A DNA stretch of 64,000 nt from a virus (Duplodnaviria; Caudoviricetes): IMG/VR virus record IMGVR_UViG_3300046787_000508, positions 64,001-128,000 of that record. The stretch is one strand, 5' to 3'. Of the stretch, positions 30,428 to 39,673 are shown one piece after another. Numbering within the stretch: position 1 is the first letter of the stretch; every line of letters begins with the position of its first letter. The position numbers and the translations under genes are program-made. The notes under the pieces were generated by a model. That model had not been told where the DNA came from. It did no database searches and was given only the letters and a program-made list of their open reading frames with translations.

Positions 30428-30586
30428 ATGGAAAACAAAACGAAAAACGTGAAAATCAGTGATGTACATCATGAGATGTTAAAAGTCTACTGCGAAAAAA
30501 ATGGACTAAAAATTTATAAAGTTTTAGAGAAGTGGATTGACGAACATTGTAAACCAAAAAAGAAGGATATGTACGGTGATGATTAG
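30428..30586 (+). CDS. Small ribbon-helix-helix-like DNA-binding protein (52 aa)
   Basis: Not in the ORF track. Manual translation: MENKTKNVKISDVHHEMLKVYCEKNGLKIYKVLEKWIDEHCKPKKKDMYGDD. The beta-strand KNVKIS followed by two helices is the RHH pattern. Confidence 0.6.
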   Translation: MENKTKNVKISDVHHEMLKVYCEKNGLKIYKVLEKWIDEHCKPKKKDMYGDD

Positions 30587-31857
30587 TGTATATAACACAC
30601 ACCGATTTTAGAACCGACCGTTGGAGTACCTAATAATGTAATGTCTTTATCTCCCGTTACAGCAAAACCACTACCTTCTTCATCAACAAGACCGTTAATA
30701 TCAATGTGAATTACACTGTCAATTTTATTTTGTACGGTAAATGTTAAAGTTGACCCATCATACACAAAAATTTCATTTTCTAAGAATAAAGGTTTACCAT
30801 AACTGTCAATAAATACACTATTTTTACCCGGATAATAAGAAATCATAATTGTACTACCTTCAGGAGGTGGAGACACGAACGTTATCTTTGATGTCTGTGC
30901 GATATGGTAAAAATCGACATCTCGTTCTTGGAGAAGTCCGTTTATTGAAACGTAAAATAAAAATCCAATACTTTCACCGACACTAAATGTCGTCTGCATA
31001 CCATCAGCAATAAAGGTTACGGTTTTTGTTTCAATAGATTTATTAAAGAATTTTTTAGCAAAAGGTTTAGTTCCCACAAATTCTGTCATTAAAAATAACC
31101 TACTAATTGCGGGTTTTACTTCAAACTCTTCAGAATCTATTAAGAAACCTAACATTGTTAGGTCATATGTTTGTAGGTAAAATTTTCTACCATCTAAGGC
31201 ATCAATCGGTGAATTATCACTTATTTTATCTAAAATAATTGGAATATAGTGACCTTTTACTGTGGTGTATGCCTGTCTTGATGAAAATTTTTGTAAGAAT
31301 ATCTTATTAAATCTGTTTAAATCTCTAAATTTTTGACAAACAATGGTTATTTCAAAACTAATATCAACCGCAACAGGTTGAGGTATTTTATAAACATCGG
31401 CACCCATTTGTGAACCGTTCCATGTTGGGACAGTTGCATAATTAAATGTTCTTCTATCAGGAATCGTTCTTTGAATAGAAGGATTTGTTCCGGGTTGAAC
31501 ATCAGGTTTTCTAATAACACCAATGAACGGTAATTTCATATTACCATCCTCGTCTGAGAAATTCCAATTGTTAGATATCTCACCCCATCTTTGGATTGTT
31601 AAAATTTTTGGAATAACAGGGATAGTGGCCCCATCGGACACAACTTTTAAGTTCTCCTTTACGAAATCTAACATCCCACCATCTAAATCGTCATGTAATA
31701 TTGAATCCGGAAGATAACCGTCCGATTTAGTAATCCTATCCAAAAGTTGTTGTCTTCTTTCGGTCAGTTCTTTACCTTTGTAAATCTCAATATTGTTTTT
31801 TCTTTTAGGTATTCCCATTTTATACTCCTCTAAATTCGTTTTCTTGTGTTGGTACAC
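30583..31857 (-). CDS. Tail terminator/completion protein (gp15-like) with two C-terminal beta-sandwich modules
   Basis: PQPVAVDISFEITI, DL..F....LQKF N-terminal domain; two F.ADG.Q/YDGS..TF....SINGL...  repeats at the C-terminus. Confidence 0.6.
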   Translation of the reverse strand: MYQHKKTNLEEYKMGIPKRKNNIEIYKGKELTERRQQLLDRITKSDGYLPDSILHDDLDGGMLDFVKENLKVVSDGATIPVIPKILTIQRWGEISNNWNFSDEDGNMKLPFIGVIRKPDVQPGTNPSIQRTIPDRRTFNYATVPTWNGSQMGADVYKIPQPVAVDISFEITIVCQKFRDLNRFNKIFLQKFSSRQAYTTVKGHYIPIILDKISDNSPIDALDGRKFYLQTYDLTMLGFLIDSEEFEVKPAISRLFLMTEFVGTKPFAKKFFNKSIETKTVTFIADGMQTTFSVGESIGFLFYVSINGLLQERDVDFYHIAQTSKITFVSPPPEGSTIMISYYPGKNSVFIDSYGKPLFLENEIFVYDGSTLTFTVQNKIDSVIHIDINGLVDEEGSGFAVTGDKDITLLGTPTVGSKIGVCYIH

Positions 31858-32332
31858 ATGTTATTGTTCGGTAATAAGGTTTGTACCCAAAATAATTATG
31901 TTTATTATCTGAGGTTACTTTCCCGTCATTTGAAACCGTGTAAAATCTAAGTCTACCTTCACTCTGAGGATATCCGATGTAATCACCGTACTTTATATCA
32001 ATTTTTAAATCTTCTAATTGTTTAATATAAACGGATATCTGCATGTTACCAGGTTCAAGATATCTCATAGTACCATTTTTATATGAACTATTTTTTGATT
32101 CTTCTATTTTAACTAATCCGTTAAATTCAATTGGTGGGAAATACTTTATCTCGTCTTTCCCAACTTCACCATAAACATCGTCTATGTCGGACTTTGACCT
32201 ATCCACTCGGTAAAGAACAAGTTTCATGTTCAAATCACCATGTAGGTATTCTTGTCCCATTTCTATTTGTAGGTCAAAATCCTCCTGTGAGAAGAATTTA
32301 GACATTCTTGTAATTGGTAGTTTATTGTCCAT
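31820..32332 (-). CDS. Head closure/neck protein (gp14-like)
   Basis: VLYRVDRSKSDIDDVYGE, EPGNMQISVY..L..L.IDI..GDYI; neck-gene context. Confidence 0.65.
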   Translation of the reverse strand: MDNKLPITRMSKFFSQEDFDLQIEMGQEYLHGDLNMKLVLYRVDRSKSDIDDVYGEVGKDEIKYFPPIEFNGLVKIEESKNSSYKNGTMRYLEPGNMQISVYIKQLEDLKIDIKYGDYIGYPQSEGRLRFYTVSNDGKVTSDNKHNYFGYKPYYRTITCVPTQENEFRGV

Positions 32333-32338
32333 ATCTCT

Positions 32339-32346
32339 TATAAATA
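32339..32346 (-). promoter_or_regulatory. TATTTATA motif (putative late promoter)
   Basis: 6 nt before the ATG at 32332. Confidence 0.55.
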
Positions 32347-32381
32347 GTTTAATTATTCAATCTAATTATTTATATTTTAAT

Positions 32382-34133
32382 ATGGAAACAAAAATCCCTG
32401 AAATTGAGGCAAGAACTATCTTATCAACATACGAAGGTTCAAACAACCAACTATTGGATTGGAAGAGAAAATTCGTAGAAGTTAAGAATTTCAAATTAAC
32501 AAGACCTCAGGCAGAATATGTACTAAAGTATCATGAAGTGACTCCAAAGGTTGCTCGAAAATATATCAATATTGTTAACACGTTTGGTGAGAAATTAATG
32601 GAAGATAAATTACTCCCGTTACCTCCAACCAAAATATGGTGTGAGAAGTTGTTATGTGACACAGATAAGGCGTTCCACATTTGGGGGAAAATCTTAGATA
32701 GTGAGAATTTGAGTGCAATGTGGTTACCTAAAGCTGCCGTAGTACAAGAAGAAAAGAAACTAAATCGAATCATCGATTATACCAAATACGATGAGAGACC
32801 ACCAATGGACCACCAGAAGGTCGCCATTGAGAAGTTATTGGCAAATGATAAGTTTATACTTGCGGATGATATGGGTCTCGGAAAAACGACCTCAGCGGTT
32901 ATTGCGTCGATTGAGTCTAACGTTAAGAAAGTATTAATTGTTTGTCCGGCTTCTTTGAAGATAAATTGGAAACGAGAGATTGCTAATTATTCAGATAAGA
33001 AGGTGTTAATTGTGGAAGGACGTAAATGGGGGTCAACTTTTGATTATTACATCATTAATTACGATATCATTAAAAATTATCACACCACAGATAAAAGTGA
33101 GGATAGTGACGATTATAAATTGTTAGTTAATGAAAAGTTCGATTTGGCAATTGTGGATGAAGCACATTATATTTCAAACGCAACCGCTAATAGAACACGA
33201 TTACTTAATGATGTACTTGAACAGATACCACGTGTTTGGTTATTAACAGGTACACCTATGACATCACGACCTATTAACTATTTTAACCTTTTAAAGATTG
33301 TTGAATCACCGTTAACTTTGAATTGGCAATCATATGTTCGTAGATATTGTAAAGGATACCAATTTAATGTTGGTACTCGCAAAGTGTGGAACACCAGTGG
33401 TGCAAGTAATTTAGATGAACTTCGTGAAAGAACAAAGAATCTTGTTCTACGAAGAATGAAGACTGACATTCTTGATTTACCTGAAAAAATTGTAACACCT
33501 GTATTTGTTGAATTGACAAGTAAGATGTATGATGAGGAATTGGAGGATTTTACACGTATTACTAACGATAAGAAAGAAGATGAAACCATTACAGTAACAT
33601 TAAATCGTTTAATGAAAATTAGACAACTTATTGCTTACGAAAAAATTCCATATACTTGTGAGTTAATTGATAGATGTCTTGAACAAGGTAAAAAAGTAAT
33701 TGTACTTACTAACTTCACAATGTCGTTAGATATGTTACATGAAAAATATAAAAAGAATTCAGTTACGTTGGATGGTCGTATGTCAAAAGATAAAAGACAG
33801 GAAAATGTTGATAGATTCCAAACTGACGATAAGATAAAAGTTTTTATTGGTAACATTAAAGCTGCCGGTGTTGGTATTACCTTAACTGCAGCAGAAGTTG
33901 TTATTATGAATGACTTATCGTTTGTACCCGCCGACCACGCACAAGGGGAAGATAGAGCTTATAGATATGGACAAAAAAACAGTGTCCTCGTTTACTATCC
34001 TGTATTTGAGAACACTGTTGAGAAAATTATTTATAATATCTTACAGAAAAAGAAAAACGTCATCGACCAAGTGATGGGTGACGGTGAATATTCTGAATCG
34101 TTCAGTAAAGATTTACTTAAACAACTCCTTTAA
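32382..34133 (+). CDS. SNF2-family (SMARCAL1-like) helicase/annealing ATPase
   Basis: LADDMGLGKT, IVDEAHY, LLTGTP, LRRMK, GVGITLT, QGEDRAYRYGQ. Start reassigned to ATG 32382 because the longer frame overlaps the opposite-strand gene. Confidence 0.92.
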   Translation: METKIPEIEARTILSTYEGSNNQLLDWKRKFVEVKNFKLTRPQAEYVLKYHEVTPKVARKYINIVNTFGEKLMEDKLLPLPPTKIWCEKLLCDTDKAFHIWGKILDSENLSAMWLPKAAVVQEEKKLNRIIDYTKYDERPPMDHQKVAIEKLLANDKFILADDMGLGKTTSAVIASIESNVKKVLIVCPASLKINWKREIANYSDKKVLIVEGRKWGSTFDYYIINYDIIKNYHTTDKSEDSDDYKLLVNEKFDLAIVDEAHYISNATANRTRLLNDVLEQIPRVWLLTGTPMTSRPINYFNLLKIVESPLTLNWQSYVRRYCKGYQFNVGTRKVWNTSGASNLDELRERTKNLVLRRMKTDILDLPEKIVTPVFVELTSKMYDEELEDFTRITNDKKEDETITVTLNRLMKIRQLIAYEKIPYTCELIDRCLEQGKKVIVLTNFTMSLDMLHEKYKKNSVTLDGRMSKDKRQENVDRFQTDDKIKVFIGNIKAAGVGITLTAAEVVIMNDLSFVPADHAQGEDRAYRYGQKNSVLVYYPVFENTVEKIIYNILQKKKNVIDQVMGDGEYSESFSKDLLKQLL

Positions 34134-35165
34134 TTCGTTAATTTTATTACTTAATAGGGTCTCAAGTTCTTTGTCTTCATAATCGACAAAGTTTATTGAG
34201 ACCTTTTTTTTCTCGTCATCGTAGACAACACTATTTTTCTCTTCTTCTTTCTTTAAAACAAATTCTATATTATTTTTTCCACAAAGAGTTAATAGTTCAG
34301 TTAATTTTTGAGGTATTGGCATGTTTTTAGTTTTGTTATATTTTATATTTTCTTTATTAACCTTAATAACATTACCGACCTTTTTTAGTGTAGGTACATT
34401 TTCAAAAAAAACAACTGAAGTCATTTTTTCCATTGTGTTAATGTTACCATAACCGTAATAATCGGCATCATATGTTAAATCATTTGGAGAACCTGTTATG
34501 TTGAATTCGTCCCCTATCTCTACGCAACGACCACTCTTTATTTGCATTGTCTTAAACTCCCCATTTGGTAATTTAAAACTTAAATCAACCCCATTCATAT
34601 CACCACCATCACCATCTTCAAATGTAAATTCAACGTCAGTCACCTCACCAAATGAATCTTTTAAGGATTGTATTACAGAAATCACAGTTAGGTTCCCATT
34701 GTTCCACGACCTTTGACATTTAACTCTTAATTCTTTTAAATATTTATCGGTTCTCTCATTTGTAAAAATTAAATCAAAGAATTGGTCTATAAACCCCCAC
34801 ATTTTTTTTGCGTTATATTCGTGATAATCAATGTTACCAAACTCAATAAACATATCGGGGTCATATTTTGTTGCCCAATTATAAAAAGATAAACAACAAT
34901 TAGGGTGCGTATTGATTCTATTTGTCCACGACCATAAGTTGTCATCATTAATGTGTCCCATTTTTTTACTATCACTCGGATTTGGTCTCCATTTATTTAA
35001 AGGTTTAAAATGTTTTTCAAAACATTTCTGAGCTCCATTAAAATAATGAGCTTTCCAACCCCTCCCATTCATCCAACCTTGGTCAAAAAGATATTGAATA
35101 TCGGAATAGGTTACAATAGTTTTAGTAGTATTTTCCATTTTACCAATATACTTAAAATTTTCCAA
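34113..35165 (-). CDS. Hypothetical protein with PD-(D/E)xK-like nuclease motif and a separable 69-aa C-terminal module
   Basis: DMNGVDLSF...KTMQIKSG resembles D...(D/E/Q)xK; in-frame internal ATG at 34322 in A-rich context. Confidence 0.5.
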   Translation of the reverse strand: MENFKYIGKMENTTKTIVTYSDIQYLFDQGWMNGRGWKAHYFNGAQKCFEKHFKPLNKWRPNPSDSKKMGHINDDNLWSWTNRINTHPNCCLSFYNWATKYDPDMFIEFGNIDYHEYNAKKMWGFIDQFFDLIFTNERTDKYLKELRVKCQRSWNNGNLTVISVIQSLKDSFGEVTDVEFTFEDGDGGDMNGVDLSFKLPNGEFKTMQIKSGRCVEIGDEFNITGSPNDLTYDADYYGYGNINTMEKMTSVVFFENVPTLKKVGNVIKVNKENIKYNKTKNMPIPQKLTELLTLCGKNNIEFVLKKEEEKNSVVYDDEKKKVSINFVDYEDKELETLLSNKINELKELFK

Positions 35166-35186
35166 AATTCATAATTGAAACTGAGA

Positions 35187-35193
35187 TATTTAT
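35187..35193 (+). promoter_or_regulatory. TATTTAT motif (putative late promoter)
   Basis: GATATTTATC, 5 nt before the ATG at 35199. Confidence 0.55.
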
Positions 35194-35198
35194 CAAAT

Positions 35199-36311
35199 AT
35201 GAGCGCAACAATTATAACCCAAGAACAAAAAGATAAACTATACACTCAGGTTTTTCACCTATTAGGTATGCCAGTTCGTGGTATAGAACTTACCGAAGAA
35301 CAAATGGACACATTTTTAGAATTGTCCTTATCGGAATATGAACAATACGTTAGTGATTGGTTAATCGAATCTCAATGGTCAGCATTGGCGGGATTAGATG
35401 TCGATACTCAATCTTTAACCCGTGCGTTTACTACAAGAAGTTTAGATTATGAAACACAATATTCGTATTCGTATTCTAAAATTGTAGGATTACAAGCCGG
35501 TGGAGATAATGAAATGAAAAAAGATTTTATTGAGTTATCAGGTAATACACAAACTTATGTAATTCCTGCAGGACGTGAAATAAATGAACTTTTATGGTTC
35601 ACACGTGCTGAGTTATCCGATTCCATTGTTGACCCATTCTTAGGTGGATTTGGTGGTCTTGGTGGTGTTGGTTTTGGTGGTGTTGGTGGATTTGCTCAAG
35701 TAGGTTCTTCAGGTTCATACTTTATGTTACCAGCATTTGACCTTTTATTAAGGATGCAAGATAGAAACATTAAAAACCGTTTAATTGGTGGGGAATTAAC
35801 ATATAGAATAACTGCAGGTCCTAACGGAACAAAACTTGTACATCTTTATAATGTACCGGGTGGTAGATTTGATTTTGGTTCATTAAAAACCTATAGAGTT
35901 TGGTATTGGTATTATCCAACAACCGATAGAGATACTTGTCTTGATAAAAACAAAGACGTAATTAAATTACCTTCAGATGTTGAAACAGAGGAATTGACAT
36001 GGGATAGTTTAAATAAACCGGCGCAAAACTGGGTTAGAAAATATCTTATTGCTTATTCTAAAGAAGGATTGGGACGTATTTGGGGTAAATTCTCAGGTGA
36101 GTTACAAGTTCCTGATAGTTCAGTTAAATTAGATTACACGTCATTATTAACTGAGGGTAAAGATGAGAAGTTAAAACTAATCGAAGAATTAACACAACGA
36201 TTAGAGAGACTCCGCCCTGAAAAAATTCTTGAAAGAAAAGGTGCAGAAGCGGAGAATCTAAACAAATCGTTGAAGTATAGACCTATGGTCTCTCCATTTA
36301 ATGTGATTTAA
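35199..36311 (+). CDS. Neck/head-tail adaptor protein (gp13-like)
   Basis: LYTQVFHLLG.PV..IELT.EQ, WVRKYLIAY.K..LGRIWGKF, DY..L..EG..EK..L.E.L. Start reassigned to ATG 35199. Confidence 0.8.
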   Translation: MSATIITQEQKDKLYTQVFHLLGMPVRGIELTEEQMDTFLELSLSEYEQYVSDWLIESQWSALAGLDVDTQSLTRAFTTRSLDYETQYSYSYSKIVGLQAGGDNEMKKDFIELSGNTQTYVIPAGREINELLWFTRAELSDSIVDPFLGGFGGLGGVGFGGVGGFAQVGSSGSYFMLPAFDLLLRMQDRNIKNRLIGGELTYRITAGPNGTKLVHLYNVPGGRFDFGSLKTYRVWYWYYPTTDRDTCLDKNKDVIKLPSDVETEELTWDSLNKPAQNWVRKYLIAYSKEGLGRIWGKFSGELQVPDSSVKLDYTSLLTEGKDEKLKLIEELTQRLERLRPEKILERKGAEAENLNKSLKYRPMVSPFNVI

Positions 36312-39205
36312 CCTTCCATTACGTGTAATATAAGGTCACCATTATCGTTACCGATAATTTCATCTTCATTACTAACCGTACTTTGTGCTTGTGAACGTAG
36401 AACTTTTCTATTATGTTCGACCCATGATTGGTCAACTAATTTTAAACTATCTTCTACGTACATAAAGTATGGGTCACGACCAACTTTATTCCAAAACACA
36501 ACCTCACTATCTGAAAGTGTCATTACCTCATCGAATTTATCTTGACCACTTTCTTTTAATGGGTATCCATTTACTAACTCACATTGTGATTTGGTAAAAT
36601 ATTGTCGGTCTTTCGGGTCCTCAATTAAGATATCTTCTCTAATTTCAGGATTAAATGCAACTAATAATGGTTCCACACGTTTATTGAAGTTATTAAGATA
36701 ACGTGCAACATTATAATCACCCTTTAAATCAGGATTGTCCACGATATCTTTTTCAGGAATCATATAACAACTAATCTCGATGTAATTCTCAGGTATTTGT
36801 GTCCCGAATTTATTTAAATAATCTTCTTGTTGTTTCTTAGTTGGTTTTGTAATTCTCTGTACGTCACCTGATGATTTCTTAGTACCATTATTAATGTAGT
36901 AGATTGTATCACCTAAACCTGCAGGATAATCATTTTGTAAGATTAATTCCATATGTGCTTGACGAGACATTAAAGAACCTGACTTTGTTGTCTTCTGAAT
37001 GTGTTTTTTATAATCATTAACAGATTGTTTAACACGTGCTTTGTTTGCTATTTTAGAAAGTGGAATTTCTTTATTGTAGATTTTCTCCACATAATCGTAG
37101 TACAATTCTAAAAACGATAAACCATCACCATTTAATAAATGTTTTAATCCTTCATCTAAGAATTCAACAACATATGTCTGTAATTTTTTTGACTTAATAG
37201 TATTACCTGTCAATTTAATTTTCTCCTTACCTTTCTTAACTAATTTAATGATATAGTTTTTACGAGATACGTTAATACAAGACGGTGCGGTGTAGTCAAT
37301 ATCTAACCCCATTTCATTTCTCATGAATATGTCGTTAAATTCTGCGGTGTCCGCTTCAATACCGTGATATTCCTTACCCTCAATAACTAACTCATTTAAA
37401 CCTTTACCTATGTAAACTGTATCCTTTGCACTTTCAGGTGTTTCAAAGTTCACACCGTCCGTATCCATTACAAGAGGTTTATAACCTTTCTTCATGTAGA
37501 ACATAATCATCATACGTAAACATTGACGACCTATACATGTAATTGTTTCACCTGAATCCATTTCTCCCCATGGGAATACGTGTGGTGCGGATAATGAACC
37601 AAAATAAGCATTAATAAAGATTTTAATCGGTAACTGTTTACGGTCATACATTTCCGCAGCAACAGGGTCACTATCTTTTAATTCACTTGCAAGGTGTTTA
37701 TACTTAATACGAATGTTACGGAAATATTTTAACATCGATTTTTGAACACTCATAACATCACAGTCAGGGAAAACATCATACACAAGTTGTATTGATGGAT
37801 AAAGTGATGAGTAGTCAAACTTAACAATGTTCTTAGCGTAACCAACATTTAATAAACGAGACAAACCACCCGTAAATGGTCTCTTCTCATCTTTTGCAGG
37901 GATTGCTAAATTATTCTCGTATGACCACGCCAACATGATTAATTTCCACAATGTTGCAGTACCCATTGTTGCAATTCTTTCGTATGTTGTCGGTACAAGT
38001 TTAGAAAGTAAAAAAGTAGATTGAGAGAATGAATCGTCAACGACCATTGTCTCGAACAAGTCATCGTCAAGATATTGTTCAACTATTTTTCTACCTGTCC
38101 ATATTTCAAATTTACCCGGAAATCTTTCTAATAGATTTTCGGTACCAGGTTCACCAATCTTTTTATAACCACCCGTTTTTGGATTAACATAATAACTTTC
38201 ATTATCGAGATAAATTTTTGAAATTTGGTTACCCTCAACGTATACACGATTCTGTTTCTCCTTTTCCAAATACTTTGTGATATATTTCAATCCCCATGAT
38301 TTAATTTCAGAGTTAATTGCTTGAGCTCTACGAACCGAATGTGCGATATCTATAATGTTAAATCCCCAAATGACGTGTTGAGTATAGTCCTCAATTTCAT
38401 TTGCCAATTTTAACATTCCTTTCTTTTCTTTAATGCCCGTCGAAGTATATATTTGAGTTGCACCGTTAACGTCAACACCTAAAATCTGTGCTCGTCTTAA
38501 TATAAACGGCCAGTCAAAGAATGCGGAGTTATAACCTGCAACAATGGTCGGTTTTAATTGTCTGATGTGTTGAAAAAATCTTTCGATACATTCTTTTTCA
38601 CCATCCTCACCAAACGCAGATATTGTCTCATTTAAACCACGGTTATCCTTAACTCCAATCAAGATGATTTTACAAGTCTCAGGGTCTAAACCTGTGGTCT
38701 CAATATCGAATACAAATCGATAAACACCATCGTAATCGTCAATACCTTTGAATAATCTTTTCTTTGTTTGAACGAGATACTGTTCTACGGGTGTTAATAT
38801 TGTGAAGTGTTTTCTAACTTCTTCTCCCCATGGGTCTAATCCACCTTGTTTGAAGAAATTAATTAAATCGGTATAACTCTTGATACTTTTTACCAAGTAT
38901 TTCATACCTCTTTCAAGTCGGTCATTACCTTGAGTTTCTAATTTCTCAATTATGATACCGTACTTACCCATCATTCGTTTTTGGGTTTGTTTTGAACCTT
39001 GGTAAAAATTTAGTTCGGATAAGTCACCGACCCATAAAAATGGAATAAAGGAATCCGTTTTTACAATTTTACCCTTCTCAGGGTCCTGAATGATTTTGGA
39101 GATTGAATTGGTGGGGTAGTCGTACTCGACACCTACGATGTATTTCTCATCGTCGCCCCCATTTAGAAAGTTTTCGATAACTTCCTGAGAGATAACTTCT
39201 TTCAT
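36308..39205 (-). CDS. polB: DNA polymerase family B with 3'-5' exonuclease
   Basis: ExoI FDIETTG, ExoII YNSAFFDW, ExoIII YLDDD, motif A DYSSLYPS, motif B K...NAYFG, motif C MDTDG. Confidence 0.95.
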   Translation of the reverse strand: MKEVISQEVIENFLNGGDDEKYIVGVEYDYPTNSISKIIQDPEKGKIVKTDSFIPFLWVGDLSELNFYQGSKQTQKRMMGKYGIIIEKLETQGNDRLERGMKYLVKSIKSYTDLINFFKQGGLDPWGEEVRKHFTILTPVEQYLVQTKKRLFKGIDDYDGVYRFVFDIETTGLDPETCKIILIGVKDNRGLNETISAFGEDGEKECIERFFQHIRQLKPTIVAGYNSAFFDWPFILRRAQILGVDVNGATQIYTSTGIKEKKGMLKLANEIEDYTQHVIWGFNIIDIAHSVRRAQAINSEIKSWGLKYITKYLEKEKQNRVYVEGNQISKIYLDNESYYVNPKTGGYKKIGEPGTENLLERFPGKFEIWTGRKIVEQYLDDDLFETMVVDDSFSQSTFLLSKLVPTTYERIATMGTATLWKLIMLAWSYENNLAIPAKDEKRPFTGGLSRLLNVGYAKNIVKFDYSSLYPSIQLVYDVFPDCDVMSVQKSMLKYFRNIRIKYKHLASELKDSDPVAAEMYDRKQLPIKIFINAYFGSLSAPHVFPWGEMDSGETITCIGRQCLRMMIMFYMKKGYKPLVMDTDGVNFETPESAKDTVYIGKGLNELVIEGKEYHGIEADTAEFNDIFMRNEMGLDIDYTAPSCINVSRKNYIIKLVKKGKEKIKLTGNTIKSKKLQTYVVEFLDEGLKHLLNGDGLSFLELYYDYVEKIYNKEIPLSKIANKARVKQSVNDYKKHIQKTTKSGSLMSRQAHMELILQNDYPAGLGDTIYYINNGTKKSSGDVQRITKPTKKQQEDYLNKFGTQIPENYIEISCYMIPEKDIVDNPDLKGDYNVARYLNNFNKRVEPLLVAFNPEIREDILIEDPKDRQYFTKSQCELVNGYPLKESGQDKFDEVMTLSDSEVVFWNKVGRDPYFMYVEDSLKLVDQSWVEHNRKVLRSQAQSTVSNEDEIIGNDNGDLILHVMEG

Positions 39206-39271
39206 GTTAGATATTAATTAAGTTTGACGTATTAGCTTACCAATATGGTAATTTGTCTTTGTTTCCTTAAT

Positions 39272-39300
39272 AATATAAACAAAAAAAGTTATAATACCAA
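39272..39300 (-). promoter_or_regulatory. Sigma70-like promoter for polB (TTGGTA-17-TATATT)
   Basis: Exact 17-nt spacer, about 65 nt before the ATG at 39205. Confidence 0.5.
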
Positions 39301-39301
39301 A

Positions 39302-39670
39302 TTAGATAATGTTAATGTATAACTTTTCTCTAATCGGTAGTATTAATTTTGTGGTTGGTTGTGAATCGGTATCTAAAAATTGAATGGTAATTTTACCTTC
39401 GAACTTACCAATTTCAAATGTCTGTTCTTCGGTAAATCTATACGTAATATAATATTCATCAGTTGTTTGGTCATATAACTTAGTTCTTGTTGTTAACAAA
39501 CATTGACCATTAAGTATATGTGCAATTCCGGTTTTTTGTTCAACCATCTCAAATGTTATATTAGAATTTTCTAACATATCATTGAAAGATGATTTATCGT
39601 TTTTACCGTCATCGATTAGTCTCATTTTTAAAATTGGGTCAGATGCCCCTTGTCGTATAAAGAATTCCAT
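39302..39670 (-). CDS. BppU N-terminal-like structural/adaptor protein
   Basis: FFIRQGASDPILKMRL...ITFEM....G..ITY.F....T...G.FEG...I.F is the BppU-like pattern. Confidence 0.55.
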   Translation of the reverse strand: MEFFIRQGASDPILKMRLIDDGKNDKSSFNDMLENSNITFEMVEQKTGIAHILNGQCLLTTRTKLYDQTTDEYYITYRFTEEQTFEIGKFEGKITIQFLDTDSQPTTKLILPIREKLYINII

Positions 39671-39673
39671 ATG

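Noticed and set aside
32226-32381. N-terminal extension of the SNF2 ORF in the track
   Set aside because: It overlaps the opposite-strand neck gene and its promoter; ATG 32382 has a plausible upstream promoter context.
2315-39205. Inteins or introns in nrdA, nrdB, dnaB, recA, SNF2 and polB
   Set aside because: Protein lengths and motif spacing are normal, reading frames are uninterrupted, and no intein or homing-endonuclease blocks are visible.
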